DNA of 64,000 nt from Azolla caroliniana (lineage: Eukaryota; Plantae; Polypodiophyta): assembly GCA_043228905.1 (NCBI GenBank), contig JBHGNT010000008.1:13454001-13518000 (forward strand), read 5' to 3'. A program made the position numbers and the translations under genes. This document shows, piece after piece, positions 24,842-36,829 of this stretch; position 1 is the first letter of the stretch, and each line of letters begins with the position of its first letter. Below the pieces are notes generated by a model. It was not told the origin of the DNA. It was given only the letters and a program-made list of their open reading frames with translations, and searched no databases.

Positions 24842-27261
24842 AACCGCGGGGGAAAAAGAAAGAAGGATAAAGAAGAAAGCTTGCTAGGGTTATTGGAGAA
24901 AGGGAAAAGAAAGATTCGGTTCAAACTGTCGTGACTCTTGAGTAGGAAGCAGAGAGAGAGCGATGGCGATAGAGATAACGATAACGATAGAGATGGCGAG
25001 AGCGGTAGAGATAGCGATAGTGATAGAAAGAGAGTGAAAGAGGGAGAGAGTGCGAGAGAGAGAAAAGTATAAGTGAGAGATAAGAAATGGGAATGCGATT
25101 ATATTATGAGAAAGAAGATTACAAGGAGTAGGCTAAGGGCTAAAGACTGGTGTTGAACCGAATGAGTTGTGATGAGTGTATGGACTCTTATTTATAGGCC
25201 CTTATGGAGTATTCTAGAATGTTCTAGAATATTTTAGATATTTATGAATAATAATAATAATAAATATAATCATGAAATATTCAAGAACATTCTAGAATAA
25301 TCTAGAATGTTCTAAATATCTCGTAATAACTAAACATATAATTATTATGATTACATCTCACATATGTTATTACAATGGTTAAAGTACAATATGTAAACCA
25401 AGAGGTTACGGGTTCGATTCCTGGTTCGCCAAGATGAATGTCATGATAAGCCAAGATGTATGTCTTCATGACAACGTTCACACATGTGACACTTATTGTC
25501 ATGCCAAAATACCCCAACATCATTCTTATGTCTTGCTACAACCATCACCACCTCCCAGCAAGCCACGACAGTCTATTTCTATGGATTTCATTGCAAACCT
25601 ACCACCTTCAAAAGGCTTTGATACTATTTTAACAATAATGGGTCAATTTACCACGATGGTGCATTTTCTACCATGCGTAAAGAGCATCAATAGTCAAGAA
25701 ACCACAGATATCATTACGTGTGAAGTGTTTTGACATCATGGTCTTCCAAAATATATAATTAGCGATCATGGTCCTCATTTATCTCTTACTTTTGGAAGCA
25801 CCTATGGGCATGCCTCAAAATATTTTACCAAGGTTACACCTTTCTTTGCCTACACCAGCAACCATCCTTGATGGTGTATCTTGGATCTTCCTGAGGTCAC
25901 ACGAAAACCTATTGTGGAGCATCACCTCCACTGACTACAACAAATCCAGTTAGAGTTATCTTCACATCTTCGGAAAGCACAAGCACACCACAAGACCAAT
26001 GCAGACCGGCATCGTCTTAAGTCTCCTTTTAAGATTATGGTTGCTTCGTCGTCACATCAAGACTATCTGATCGTGTGCTAAGCTCGATTATCAACACTTA
26101 GGTCCTTTTGTCATCACAACGTGCGTTAATGATGCAACATTTCGTTTTAACCTTCCTGCACACATGCGACGTCACCCAATCTTTCATAGCTCTCTTTTGG
26201 AAACTTGCCACACCTCTTAACTTCCTAATCCTGTCGTGCCACCTCCGCCTTCTGTCCAAGTTGTTGATGGCCCTAAATACAAGGTAGCTCCTATCCTCGA
26301 TTCTAATATTGTGCACAATAAGACCTATTATCTAGTTGATTGGCTTTGCTATCCTTTGAGCGATCAAACGTAGGAACCTATCAATGACATTTGTAATGCT
26401 CAACCTCTTGTCGATGACTTCCAACGCTGCTATCAATGACATTGTTAATACTCATTTCCACTCACCGTTCTCAAAGGAGGGATAATGTCATGAACACATG
26501 ATCATCATGGTGTCACCCGAACTTGAACCTAGGACCTTGTAATACATAATTGAAAACCCCAACCATTAAGATAGCCTATTGTCATATAAAGCAATAAAAG
26601 GTACTTTTGTAATATATTCATTATTGTGAAAACTCTGGAACATTCTAGACCGCTCTAGAATTTCCTAGAACATCTTAGAAATTTCTAGGTCTAGAACATT
26701 CTAGAACATTATAGAAATCTCTAGGTTATTCTATAGGAACCTATAAATAGAGACATATATGTCTTCTCAAATTTCGAATAAACACCAGTCTTAAGCTCTT
26801 ATCACCTATCTTGTATCTAGTTCCCCTTATTCTCATTCTATCTTAACACACTCATTCTTCTCTTATCATTTCATTCCTTTCTTCTTGTGTTCTCTTCGTA
26901 TCGTTCTTCCATCATTCTATCTTTTACTCTTGGTTCTGACATCTGATGGAAATTTTTGCCTTCTGAATGATTGTCCTAGCACTCAATAAAGTTGGTATTA
27001 CTTGGTTTGTGTTTTCTAAACTTGATTAAGTTGTTATCATGATGAAATTGAGGAATAGTTCAATATCAAAACATCTTAGGACTTATCCATGCATATACAC
27101 CAAGCTCAAAATCTAAATTTACATTTTCATCATATGCAAGTGGTTCATTGGTGTTGGAAGCTTGTGCTATAACTTCATCAATCTCTTCAAGGAGATTTTC
27201 ATTAAGTTTTTTTTATTCATTTGCATTTCTATTAAACGTCATTCCCTCCTCCTAATGTTCG

Positions 27262-30200
27262 TATTTCTAAAAAATACTTCAACTATTGAATAAAATATTC
27301 TATGTATTGGAAAACTTTTGTGTGCACAATAAGCTCACTACGAATAGTTTTAACTTTTAGCCTCTAACCATGCATATGGTGACTAACAATTACGAATGTT
27401 CCATGCATGTGATTCAATTATTAGCCACTTGAAATAATAGAAAGATTTGAAAGATAACGGATTATTGGTGCCCATGAGCATCTTGGGGACACATAGAAGA
27501 ACTCAAAGTACCAAGTGAATATCTAAACTATGACTTATATTAAGGTGATGTGTGTATGCATATGGGAATATGTGTATGCATATGGGAATATTTCCTAATT
27601 AGAATTAGTTTTGTTATGTAAGGATGAACACCCTCATCAACTCTCCTTGGTTATATATTGATGAATTGGAATTATGGTTGATGAGCTTGTAAAATGTGAC
27701 AATGAAGAAGTTATATTGAGAATGAGATTTTCATGTGTTTGTTAAAACAAAGGATATGGTGCATCTAGAAAATACTTCAAGTATTGAATAAAATATTCTA
27801 TGTATTAGAAAACTTTTGTCTACACAATAAGTTGACTACAAATAACTTTAGCCTCTAACCATGCATATGGGGACTAACAATTAAGGATGGTCCATGCATG
27901 TGATTCAATTATTAGCCACATAAAAAAATACAAAGACTTCGAAGGTAACTGATTATCGATGCCCATGACCATCTTGGGGACACATAGAAGAACTCAAAGT
28001 ATTAAGTGAATATCTCAACTTTGAGTTATATTAAGGGAATGTGTGTGTGCATATGGGAATATTTTCTAATTAGATTTAGTTATGTTCAGTAAGGATAAAG
28101 AACCTCATCAACTCTCCTTTGTTATGTATTGATGAATTGGAATTATGGTTGATGAGCCTCAAAAATGCGACAATGAAGAAGTTATAATTGAGAATGAGAT
28201 TTTCACGTGTTTGTTAAAACAAAGGATTTGGTGCTTCTAGAAAATACTTGAAGTATTGAATAAAATATTCTATGTACATATTAGAAAACTTTTGTGTGCA
28301 AAATAAGTTGACTATGAATAACATTAGCCTCTAACAATGCATATGGGGACTAACAATTAAGAATGTTCCATGCATGTGGTTCAATTATTAGCCACGGAAA
28401 AAAATAGAAAGATTTTAAAGGTAACCGGTTGTTAGTGCCCGTGAACATCTTGAGGACATATAGAAGAGCTCGAAGTACTAAGTGAATATCTAAACTCTGA
28501 CTTATATTAAGGTGATGTATATGTGCATATGGGAATAATTTCTAATTATAATTAGTTCTATTCGGTAAGGATGAACACCCTCATCAACTCTCCTTGGTTA
28601 TGTATTGATGAATTGGAATTATGGTGGATGAGCTTGAAAAATGCGACAATGAAGAAGTTATAATTGAGAATGAGATTTTCATGTGTTTGTTAAAACAAAG
28701 GATTTGGTGCTTCTAAAAAATACTTAAAGTATTGAATAAAATATTATATGTATTAGAAAACTTTTGTGTGCAGAATAAGTTGACTACGAATAACTTTAGC
28801 CTTTAACCATGCATATGAGGACTACCAATTAAGGATGTTCCATGCATGTGGTTCAATTATTAGCCATAGTAAAAAATAGAAAAATTTTAATATCGGGACG
28901 AACAATTAAGGATGTTCCATGCATGTGGTTCAATTATTAGCCATAGTAAAAAATAGAAAGATTTTAATATCGGGACGAACAATTAAGGATGTTCCATGCA
29001 TGTGGTTCAATTATTAGCCATGGAAAAAAATAGAAAGATTTTAAAGGTAACAGATTATTGATGCCCATGAGCATCTTGGGGACACAGAAGAACTCAAAGT
29101 ACCACGTGTCAGGAATAGTACTAAAATAGAGAGAGAATTAGTACTAGAGAGAAGGGAAATATTATTAGTACTAAGAGGACAGAACTGCATAAGACTTCCG
29201 AGAGAGAGAAAGAGAGAAGAGGAGAGATGATGATAACAGATGATATATTATGTGAAGAGTAAGTACAGAAAAGCTATGAGGCTTAAGACTGGCGTTGAAC
29301 CAATTTGGTTCAAAATAATGCCGAGTGCCTTCTTTTATAGTGTCCTTAGGAGTAATCCTGAAGCTTATAGAATGTTCCAGAGTTTCTCTGGTATATACAT
29401 TAATTTCCTATAATAAAACTTAAATGAAAATAATATCCTATATATAATAATAGATGGTATAATGTTCAAGAGCTCGACCCATATAAGATAAGTTCATGGG
29501 TTCGAGTCTTGCCATGTCATGACATTATCCCCCCGTTTAAGACGACGAGCGTAACGAGTCTGCGCTAATTGCGGACTAGATTTCTCCGGATACTTTCAGT
29601 GGAAATCAATAAGAAGATCCTGAGGATTGGTGACATGCTCGACGGGTTCCCAAGTACGTTCGCTCGGATTAAGCCGAGCCAATCGACCAAATAATAAAGT
29701 TTGGAATCGAGGATGACAACAACTTCATACTCCGGGCCGGTGTCCAACTCAAGCGGGGGCGGCGGTGGTGTAACATGATTGGGAATAGTGTTTGCTTTAT
29801 AAGGTTCAAGAAGAGAACTATGGAAAACCGGATGTATCTGAAGATGCGGAGGGAGATCAAGGCGGAACGTGACATCATTAACCTTACCAGTAATACGAAA
29901 AGGACCGAGTCATCGATAATCCAACTTGTTGCACAGTCGAGTAGTCTTGATGTGACGACGTAAGAGCCATACTTGATCTCCTATGGCAAAAGTGGAGGGA
30001 AGCCGATGACGATCCGCATAAGTCTTCTGTGTGTGTTGAGCATGACGAGTAGCCTCTCCAAATGATCCTCGGCACGAGGATTGGTAGGTAGCTTTGGGGT
30101 GTTGATCACCGACCAACGAGGATGAGAAACGGTATAAGCATAATTACCTTACCCTAGTGGTAAGTTGTTAGCACTACAAGCACTGCGTTCTAGGTTTGAA

Positions 30201-32345
30201 ACCCAACTTACTCACCTCGCTATTATATACTTCTTATATATCTCTTAATTCACTAGATGCCACTGTGGAATGTAGGGGTTGTCGATATCAGACTTCTCTT
30301 GTTCTCCAATCTATGTCTGGATTATGTAATTCAAACCAAGGTAATCCCAGGACAATGGGATGCTCTGGACTACTAATTATATTGAATGATACTACACACA
30401 CAAAACTACCTAGGACAACCTGAATGGGTTCTCACTCTTCTACAATATTCCCGGAAGCAATGGGATGACCATCAATGACTACTACAAATGCGGGGCAAGG
30501 AAGTTTTCTTAAGGATATCTGAGAAGCTTGGGCAAAATTTCGATCCATGAAATAGGAATTGGCTCCGGAATCTAAAAGTGCTAGGACATGTACTGGATGA
30601 GTAATTTTAGAACTAACCATGACTTGGGCTAGGGACACATTGCTAACTTGCGAAGGGAATGGAACCACTAAAACACACACACAGTTCCGTCCTCTTAGTA
30701 CTAATATTACTTCCCTTCTCTCTAGTACTAATTCTCTCTCTGATTTAGTATTATTCCTGACAGTTTGAACCAAGTTGGTTCAAAATAATGCCTAGTGCCT
30801 TCTTTTATAATGTTCTTCGGAGTAATCCTGAAGCTTCTAGAATGTGCCAGAGAAATCTGGAATATACATTAATTTTCTATAATAAAACTTAAAAATAATA
30901 TTCTACGTATTACAAAAGATGGTATAATGGTCAAGAGCTTAACCCATATAACATAAGGTCATGGGTTTGAGTCTTGCCATGTCATGACACCAAGTGAATA
31001 TCTAAACTCAGACTTATATTAAGGGGATGTTTGTGTGCATATGGGAATATTTTCTAATTAGAATTAATTATGTTCGGTAACGATAAACACCCTCATCAAC
31101 TCTCCTTGGTTATGTATTGATGAATTGGAATTATGGTTGATGAGCTTGAAAAATGCGATAATGAAGAAGTTATAATTGAGAATGAGATTTTCATGTGTTT
31201 GTTAAAACTAATGATTTGGTGCTTCTAGAAAATACTTCAAGTATTGATAAAATATTCTATGTATTAGAAAATGTTTTTGTGCGATATTAGTTGACTACAA
31301 ATAGCTTTAGCCTCTAACCATGCATATGTGGGACTAACAGTTAAGGATATTCCATGCATGTGGTTCAATTATTAGCCACGGAAAAAAATAGAAAGATTTT
31401 AAAGGTAACTGGTTGTTGGTGCCCTTGAGCATCTTGAGGACACATAGAAGAGCTCGAAGTACCAAGTGAATATCTAAACTCTGACTCATATTAAGGTGAT
31501 GTGTATGTGCATATGGGAATATTTTCTAATTATAATTAGTTCTATTCAGTAAGGATGAACACCCTCATCAACTCTCCTTGGTTATGTATTGATGAATTGG
31601 AATTATGGTGGATGAGCTTGAAAAATGCGACAATGAAGAAGTTATAATTGAGAATGAGATTTTCATGTGTTTGTTAAAACAAAGGATTTGGTGCTTCTAA
31701 AAAGTACTTCAAGTATTGAATAAAATATTATATGTATTAGAAAACTTTTGTGTGCGAAATAAGTTGATGATGAATAACTTTAGCCTTTAACCATGCATGT
31801 GGTTCAATTATTAGCCATAGTAAAAAAATAGAAAGATTTTAATATGGGGACTAACAATTTAGGATGTTCCATGCATGTGGTTCAATTATTAACCATGGAA
31901 AAAAATAGAAAGATTTTAAAGGTAACAAATTATTGGTGCCCATGAGCATCTTGGGGACACAGAAGAACTCAAAGTACCAAGTGAATATCTAAACTCAGAC
32001 TTATTTTAAGGGGAATATTTTCTAATTAGAATTAGTTCTGTTCGGTAAGGATAAACACCCTCATCAACTCTCCTTGGCTATGTATTGATGAATTGGAATT
32101 ATGGTTGATGAGCTTGAAAAATGCGATAATGAAGAAGTTATAATTGAGAATGAGATTTTCATGTGTTTGTTAAAACTAATGATTTGGTGCTTCTAGAAAA
32201 TACTTCAAGTATTGATAAAATATTCTATGTATTAGAAAACGTTTTTGTGCACTATAAGTTGACTACAAATAGCTTTAGCCTCTAACCATGCATATGTGGG
32301 ACTAACAGTTAAGGATATTCCATGCATGTGGTTCAATTGTAAGCC
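27262..32345. repeat. AT-rich tandem array, ~475-bp unit, about 6-7 copies, interrupted by element D
   Basis: AAATACTTCAAGTATTGAATAAAATATT recurs near 27270, 27770, 28240, 28720, 31230, 31700, 32200. Confidence 0.92.
29107..30989 (-). mobile_element. Internally deleted Tcn1-like Gypsy element D; 3' LTR 29107-29524; rearranged 5' LTR; TSD CCACG/CCAAG
   Basis: Chromodomain/integrase remnant 29565-30116, protease LLDSGANSY at 30432-30660, LTR homology 30763-30989. Confidence 0.85.
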
Positions 32346-33129
32346 ATTTGAATTTTCCCAAAACAGGAACCACTTTCCCATTAGTTATGAGAGATTTTAC
32401 AGAAAGAATATACATGGTGGCTTATATATAAATCGGGGAGTCACCCCCAATCCGAGTTCAAGAATATGAGACACACCACATATCCACTCATACTTTGTAC
32501 TTAATGTAATTAGGTACCTCGAGCTATAGACTAGAGACAATCACCGCCGGCCAGCACAAGCCCGATCCTCAATCCTTCAACATAGGGAGGGTGGGAGGTG
32601 CGTAGGAAAAAACCAACGTGGGGGTTAGTAGTTCCAACTTGGGCCATTAATAGAAAGCTTTAAATATATTGGGCTTCGAGTTCCCTTTAGTGAATTTGGG
32701 AACAACGGTTTACTAAAATCGTTCTATCTCTAACTTCAGAAATCTACAAAGGTCACCCTTCAATTTGTGTGTATCCAAAATTGGTATAAGAACCATCCTA
32801 TTGCACATATTAAAAGTTAAAACATTTGGTGTATAGAACATTTCAAGCTACCTCATTTCACTTACACCATGACTAACTTAAAAGCTTATATATAAGAAAT
32901 TAAAAATGGATTCACACCCCAAGCCAGAGCCCCAACACCAATTCCTTTTGCGAAGGACAAGCCAATTAGATGCAATTATCTTTTAAAGCTATTTTCTTAA
33001 TTCCAACGAAGTTCACAATGGGGTGAAGGGCGTGTTTCAACATCATGAGCTTATTACATATCAATGTTTATTAACGTGTGGGTAGTTGGAATACTTAAGG
33101 TATACTATTAAGTCTCATTATCTCTTTGT

Positions 33130-34220
33130 TAACAAAATATATCTAGAAGTGATTGACAAATGATAGAGGGTTTGAGTGCATATTAAAGGCTCTTGTAATT
33201 AGGAGGGCAATTGTGAGAATAATGAAGCCTTTGTCATTGTCATTAAGGGAAGGTATCCCTCAAACTATGACTACCCTATGATTAAACAAACACACCCTAA
33301 GGATGGAGACCCCATGCTCTACATCGAGAGCCTAGGTTATGGTAAAAAACTCAAGAAAAATAAATTTCTTGTCAGTTTTCTTGAACTCATGCAAAAGAGT
33401 TTTGCATGATTAATAATGTGTAAGTTTGTCTCTCTTTGAAAGATATTTGAGCTACAAAGTGTGCATGATAGCTTGTTGAACCACATTATCATCATACTAT
33501 CTTTAAATTAATAACAATCCCTGATTAAATTATTTTTGCCAAAAGAGATTTTCAAGCACTTGATAAATGGTGGAGAACTAGGATGCATTGAAAATGTTCT
33601 TTTAGTTGCCTACGGTGTCATGTGCCATTTGTTAAGGGGACGTACCTCCTTAAAACTATGATTACCCTTTGCATAGACAAGTAGATAGGATCCACACCCT
33701 AGGGTTGACCCCATGTGCTAATTGTAGAGGGATTGATAGTAATTCTCAATTGAAAATTTAAAGTTTATGAACGTTTGGTTAACAAAAGATATTTTCAAGC
33801 TCTTGACAAATGGTGTAGAAGTAGGCCATGTTGGGAATGTTCTCTTCATTACCAAAGGAGTTGTGAGCCATTTCATTGAGAGGGGGCACCCCCTTGAAAC
33901 TGTGATTGCCCTATAGGTAGACAAACAAAGAGGATCTATGGGTCAAGGTTGAGGACCCCATGCACTAATCCTAGGAGAATTAATAATAATCCCTAATTGA
34001 AATTTTCAATTCTATGAACGTTTTGAGAGCAAAAGAGATTTTCATGCAATTACAAATGGTAGAGAACCACGTGTTGAGAACGTTCTCTTCGTTGCCAAAA
34101 GAGTCGTGTGCCATTGATTGGGGGGGCACCCTCTGAAACCATGATTGCCATGTAAATAAACAAACACAAAGAATGTACACCCTAAGATTGAGGGGCCCAT
34201 TTGCTAAGCGTAGGGGGTTG
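33130..34220. repeat. Degenerate ~240-bp repeat, ~4 copies, upstream of PR-1
   Basis: CAAAAGAGATTTTCA..AAATGGT.GAGAAC..GTGCCATT..AAACTATGATT.CC..CACCCTA.G recurring near 33130, 33540, 33785, 34030. Confidence 0.65.
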
Positions 34221-34779
34221 GGATAACTTGAAAGAAGTAAGGGGCCAATAAGATTCAAATTACTCTCATTGAACCTATACAATATTTATTGTCTAATTAT
34301 TTTCTAGATATGTAGAGTGTATTTTTGTTTTGAAGAGACTACAATTATGTTCATTACAGTCCAATATCATTGAATATTATAAACACATGACAACACCGAC
34401 TCAAGTTTAATATTAATCCCTAATTGGAGGACATGGTCCTTTGCTTATAATATTATCGAATATGCGTAGATGCACATCTTTTCCAACCTATATTTTAATA
34501 CATTTAACATGCATTTTATTATATTTGACAATAACCTATAATTTAGGCTACAATGTTGAATTAGTATCACGTGGAGGATGGAGGATAGCCTTGACTTTGA
34601 GAGTCATATTTCTATCCTTGACATTATTATCTATCAGCATCTCTCTCTCTCTCAATATATGTATATATAGGTATAGGTATATATCATAGTACAAGCACAA
34701 ACACACATAACGAGGGGAAGCTAATATTCGATAAAGGAAATACTACCTTTTGTCCAATATTGAGCAACCACCACATATA

Positions 34780-35304
34780 ATGAAAAATCAACATATTAAT
34801 TATGCATCTTTTACTCTTCTATTAGTGTTGATAAGTAGTTTTGTTGGTTGCATAGCGCAAACACAACAAAATCAATTTCTAAATGCACATAATGTGGAGA
34901 GGCAAAAATTGGGCATTCCACTTCTAGTTTGGAGTAAAACATTGGAAGACTATGCCAACAAATACGCCATAAGCCAAGATAAACCCCAAGCTGGTTGTGC
35001 TGGTGCATTACGCCATTCCAAAGGTCCTTATGGAGAGAACTTGTATTGGTATTGGACTACCACCCGCGCCCTAGCAACACCTAATCAAGCCTTGACAGAT
35101 TGGATATCTGAGAAGCGATACTACAACTACAAGACCAACACTTGTGCCAGTGGCCAACAATGCGGCCACTATACCCAAGTGGTTTGGGCCAAGACACGAC
35201 GTGTTGGATGCGTCGCTCATAAATGCACCTCCAACCCCCTTGCAACATACATCATATGCAACTACGACCCCCCTGGAAACTATATTGGCCAACGTCCATA
35301 CTAA
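34780..35304 (+). CDS. PR1: Pathogenesis-related protein 1 (CAP/SCP family), secreted, intronless, 174 aa
   Basis: Signal peptide, FLNAHNVER, HSKGPYGENL, CGHYTQVVW, ICNYDPPGNYIGQRPY; TATA-like TATATATA near 34662. Confidence 0.95.
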   Translation: MKNQHINYASFTLLLVLISSFVGCIAQTQQNQFLNAHNVERQKLGIPLLVWSKTLEDYANKYAISQDKPQAGCAGALRHSKGPYGENLYWYWTTTRALATPNQALTDWISEKRYYNYKTNTCASGQQCGHYTQVVWAKTRRVGCVAHKCTSNPLATYIICNYDPPGNYIGQRPY

Positions 35305-36829
35305 ATATCCGTCTTATTTTCATGCATTTCCACCTTCGACTACATGTGTTCCTAATTCATCTAAGCTAAGTTATGGTTTACCCTCCTCCATGTCTTTCTA
35401 ATTCCTCCCAAATCATATGTATCATTAAAAAGCAAAGTGATTTTTTTTCACTTTCCCATGTTATTTTGCTAATGCGTATAATTCACTTACCTAATCATTT
35501 GTCTTATCTTTGAAATGTCACCAATTTATAAAAGACACCTAATTAGTTGGAAACCGTAGCTATTATACTTCATGAGAGAACTAATTGTTTTGGACAAAAT
35601 GGCCTTTAGGAGTCCTTGTGAGAATTTTGTGGGCTCGAAATTTCATTAAAAGGGATAAAAAGAGTATTTATTTCCAATAGTATTCTTATTAAAGTCCTAT
35701 GATAAAATTTAATGTACTTGCACACAAACTTAAATGGATGCAAAAACTTGTGAATACCAAAACCTTACAACTCACACAAGAAAATTTCTTCAAAAAAAAA
35801 TTTAATACTACATACCATAGATTGACATATTCGCATTCGTCGGGTTTCCCATTCAAATGCAAACAAATACGAATACGAATGGGTAGTTAAGTATTCGTTA
35901 ACCCCCCCGCCCCCCCCCCCCCAAAAAAAAAAAAACAAAAAAAAACTTTAAAAATAAATAAATCCTAGGATAAAAAGAAAGGAACTTAACAATAAATAGG
36001 GATAATAAAAGAGGGACTTTGGAGACTTGACACTACTAAATTTTTATAATAAATGTATAACTTATAAGTATTTCTTTTAATTATTAATAAATAAATAAAA
36101 TAAAATAAAGGCTCATTAATTTCTCACTTTTTATTTCCTCAAAATTTATGGATATTTTTATCTTGACATTAAAAACAGTACTTCAAACTAATCATATCTT
36201 CAAAGTTCATATTTGTATAATAAATATAAAAATATTCGTTTTTAAAAAATTAATTAATTAAAATAAGTTTCATAAACTCTCTTGACACTATAATCTATAA
36301 ATGAATAATTGTTTTTTTTGGTGAAATATATTTATTTAAATAAATAAATATTTTTTTATATTGATTTTACAAACGAATGGTTTTTTAATATTCTTGGGGC
36401 CATTTTGTATTCTCGAATATGGAAAATATTGCGCATGGAGAATATCACGAATATCACGCATGTGTCAATCTATGCTACATACCTTCTATTACCATCACCA
36501 GTCCAAATTTATAGAAAAATAGTTCAATAAGTACCAGTAACTCCTACGACTAGAGTCTACCCTTTGAAGAAAAAAAACCTCCTATTAAATAGGAATCATT
36601 AGAATGTCAAACGTTCACTAATTGAATAATTCGTACTTCCAAGGTTCTTTATTTTAAGTAGTCATAACAATCATAACAATTTCTTTAATCTAGGTAGACC
36701 TAATAGATGTAACACTCTCTCGCCAAGAGTGAGAGTTTCGACCACGAAACTTATGCATGGTGGCAACATTTAGCCCCTGTGCTAACTATGGTTTTCCTTA
36801 AGAATTTGGACAATTTAGTGGCACCATTT

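Larger units (their letters stand above)
21339..25473 (-). mobile_element. Young Gypsy element C lacking RT/RNase H; 547-bp LTRs 21339-21885 and 24927-25473; TSD ACGTT
   Basis: LTRs look identical by eye, TG..CA termini, TSD 21334-21338/25474-25478, PPT next to 21886. Confidence 0.95.
19807..26941 (+). mobile_element. Degenerate Tcn1-like chromovirus Gypsy (PR, RT, RH, IN, chromodomain), interrupted by element C; 3' LTR 26486-26941
   Basis: [28 protein letters not shown] motifs; integrase continues after 25478; PPT AAAGGAGGGATAA then TGTCATG..TGACA. Confidence 0.82.

Noticed and set aside
35400-36800. AT-rich stretch with C-run/A-run as a small TE
   Set aside because: No termini or TSD could be identified by eye
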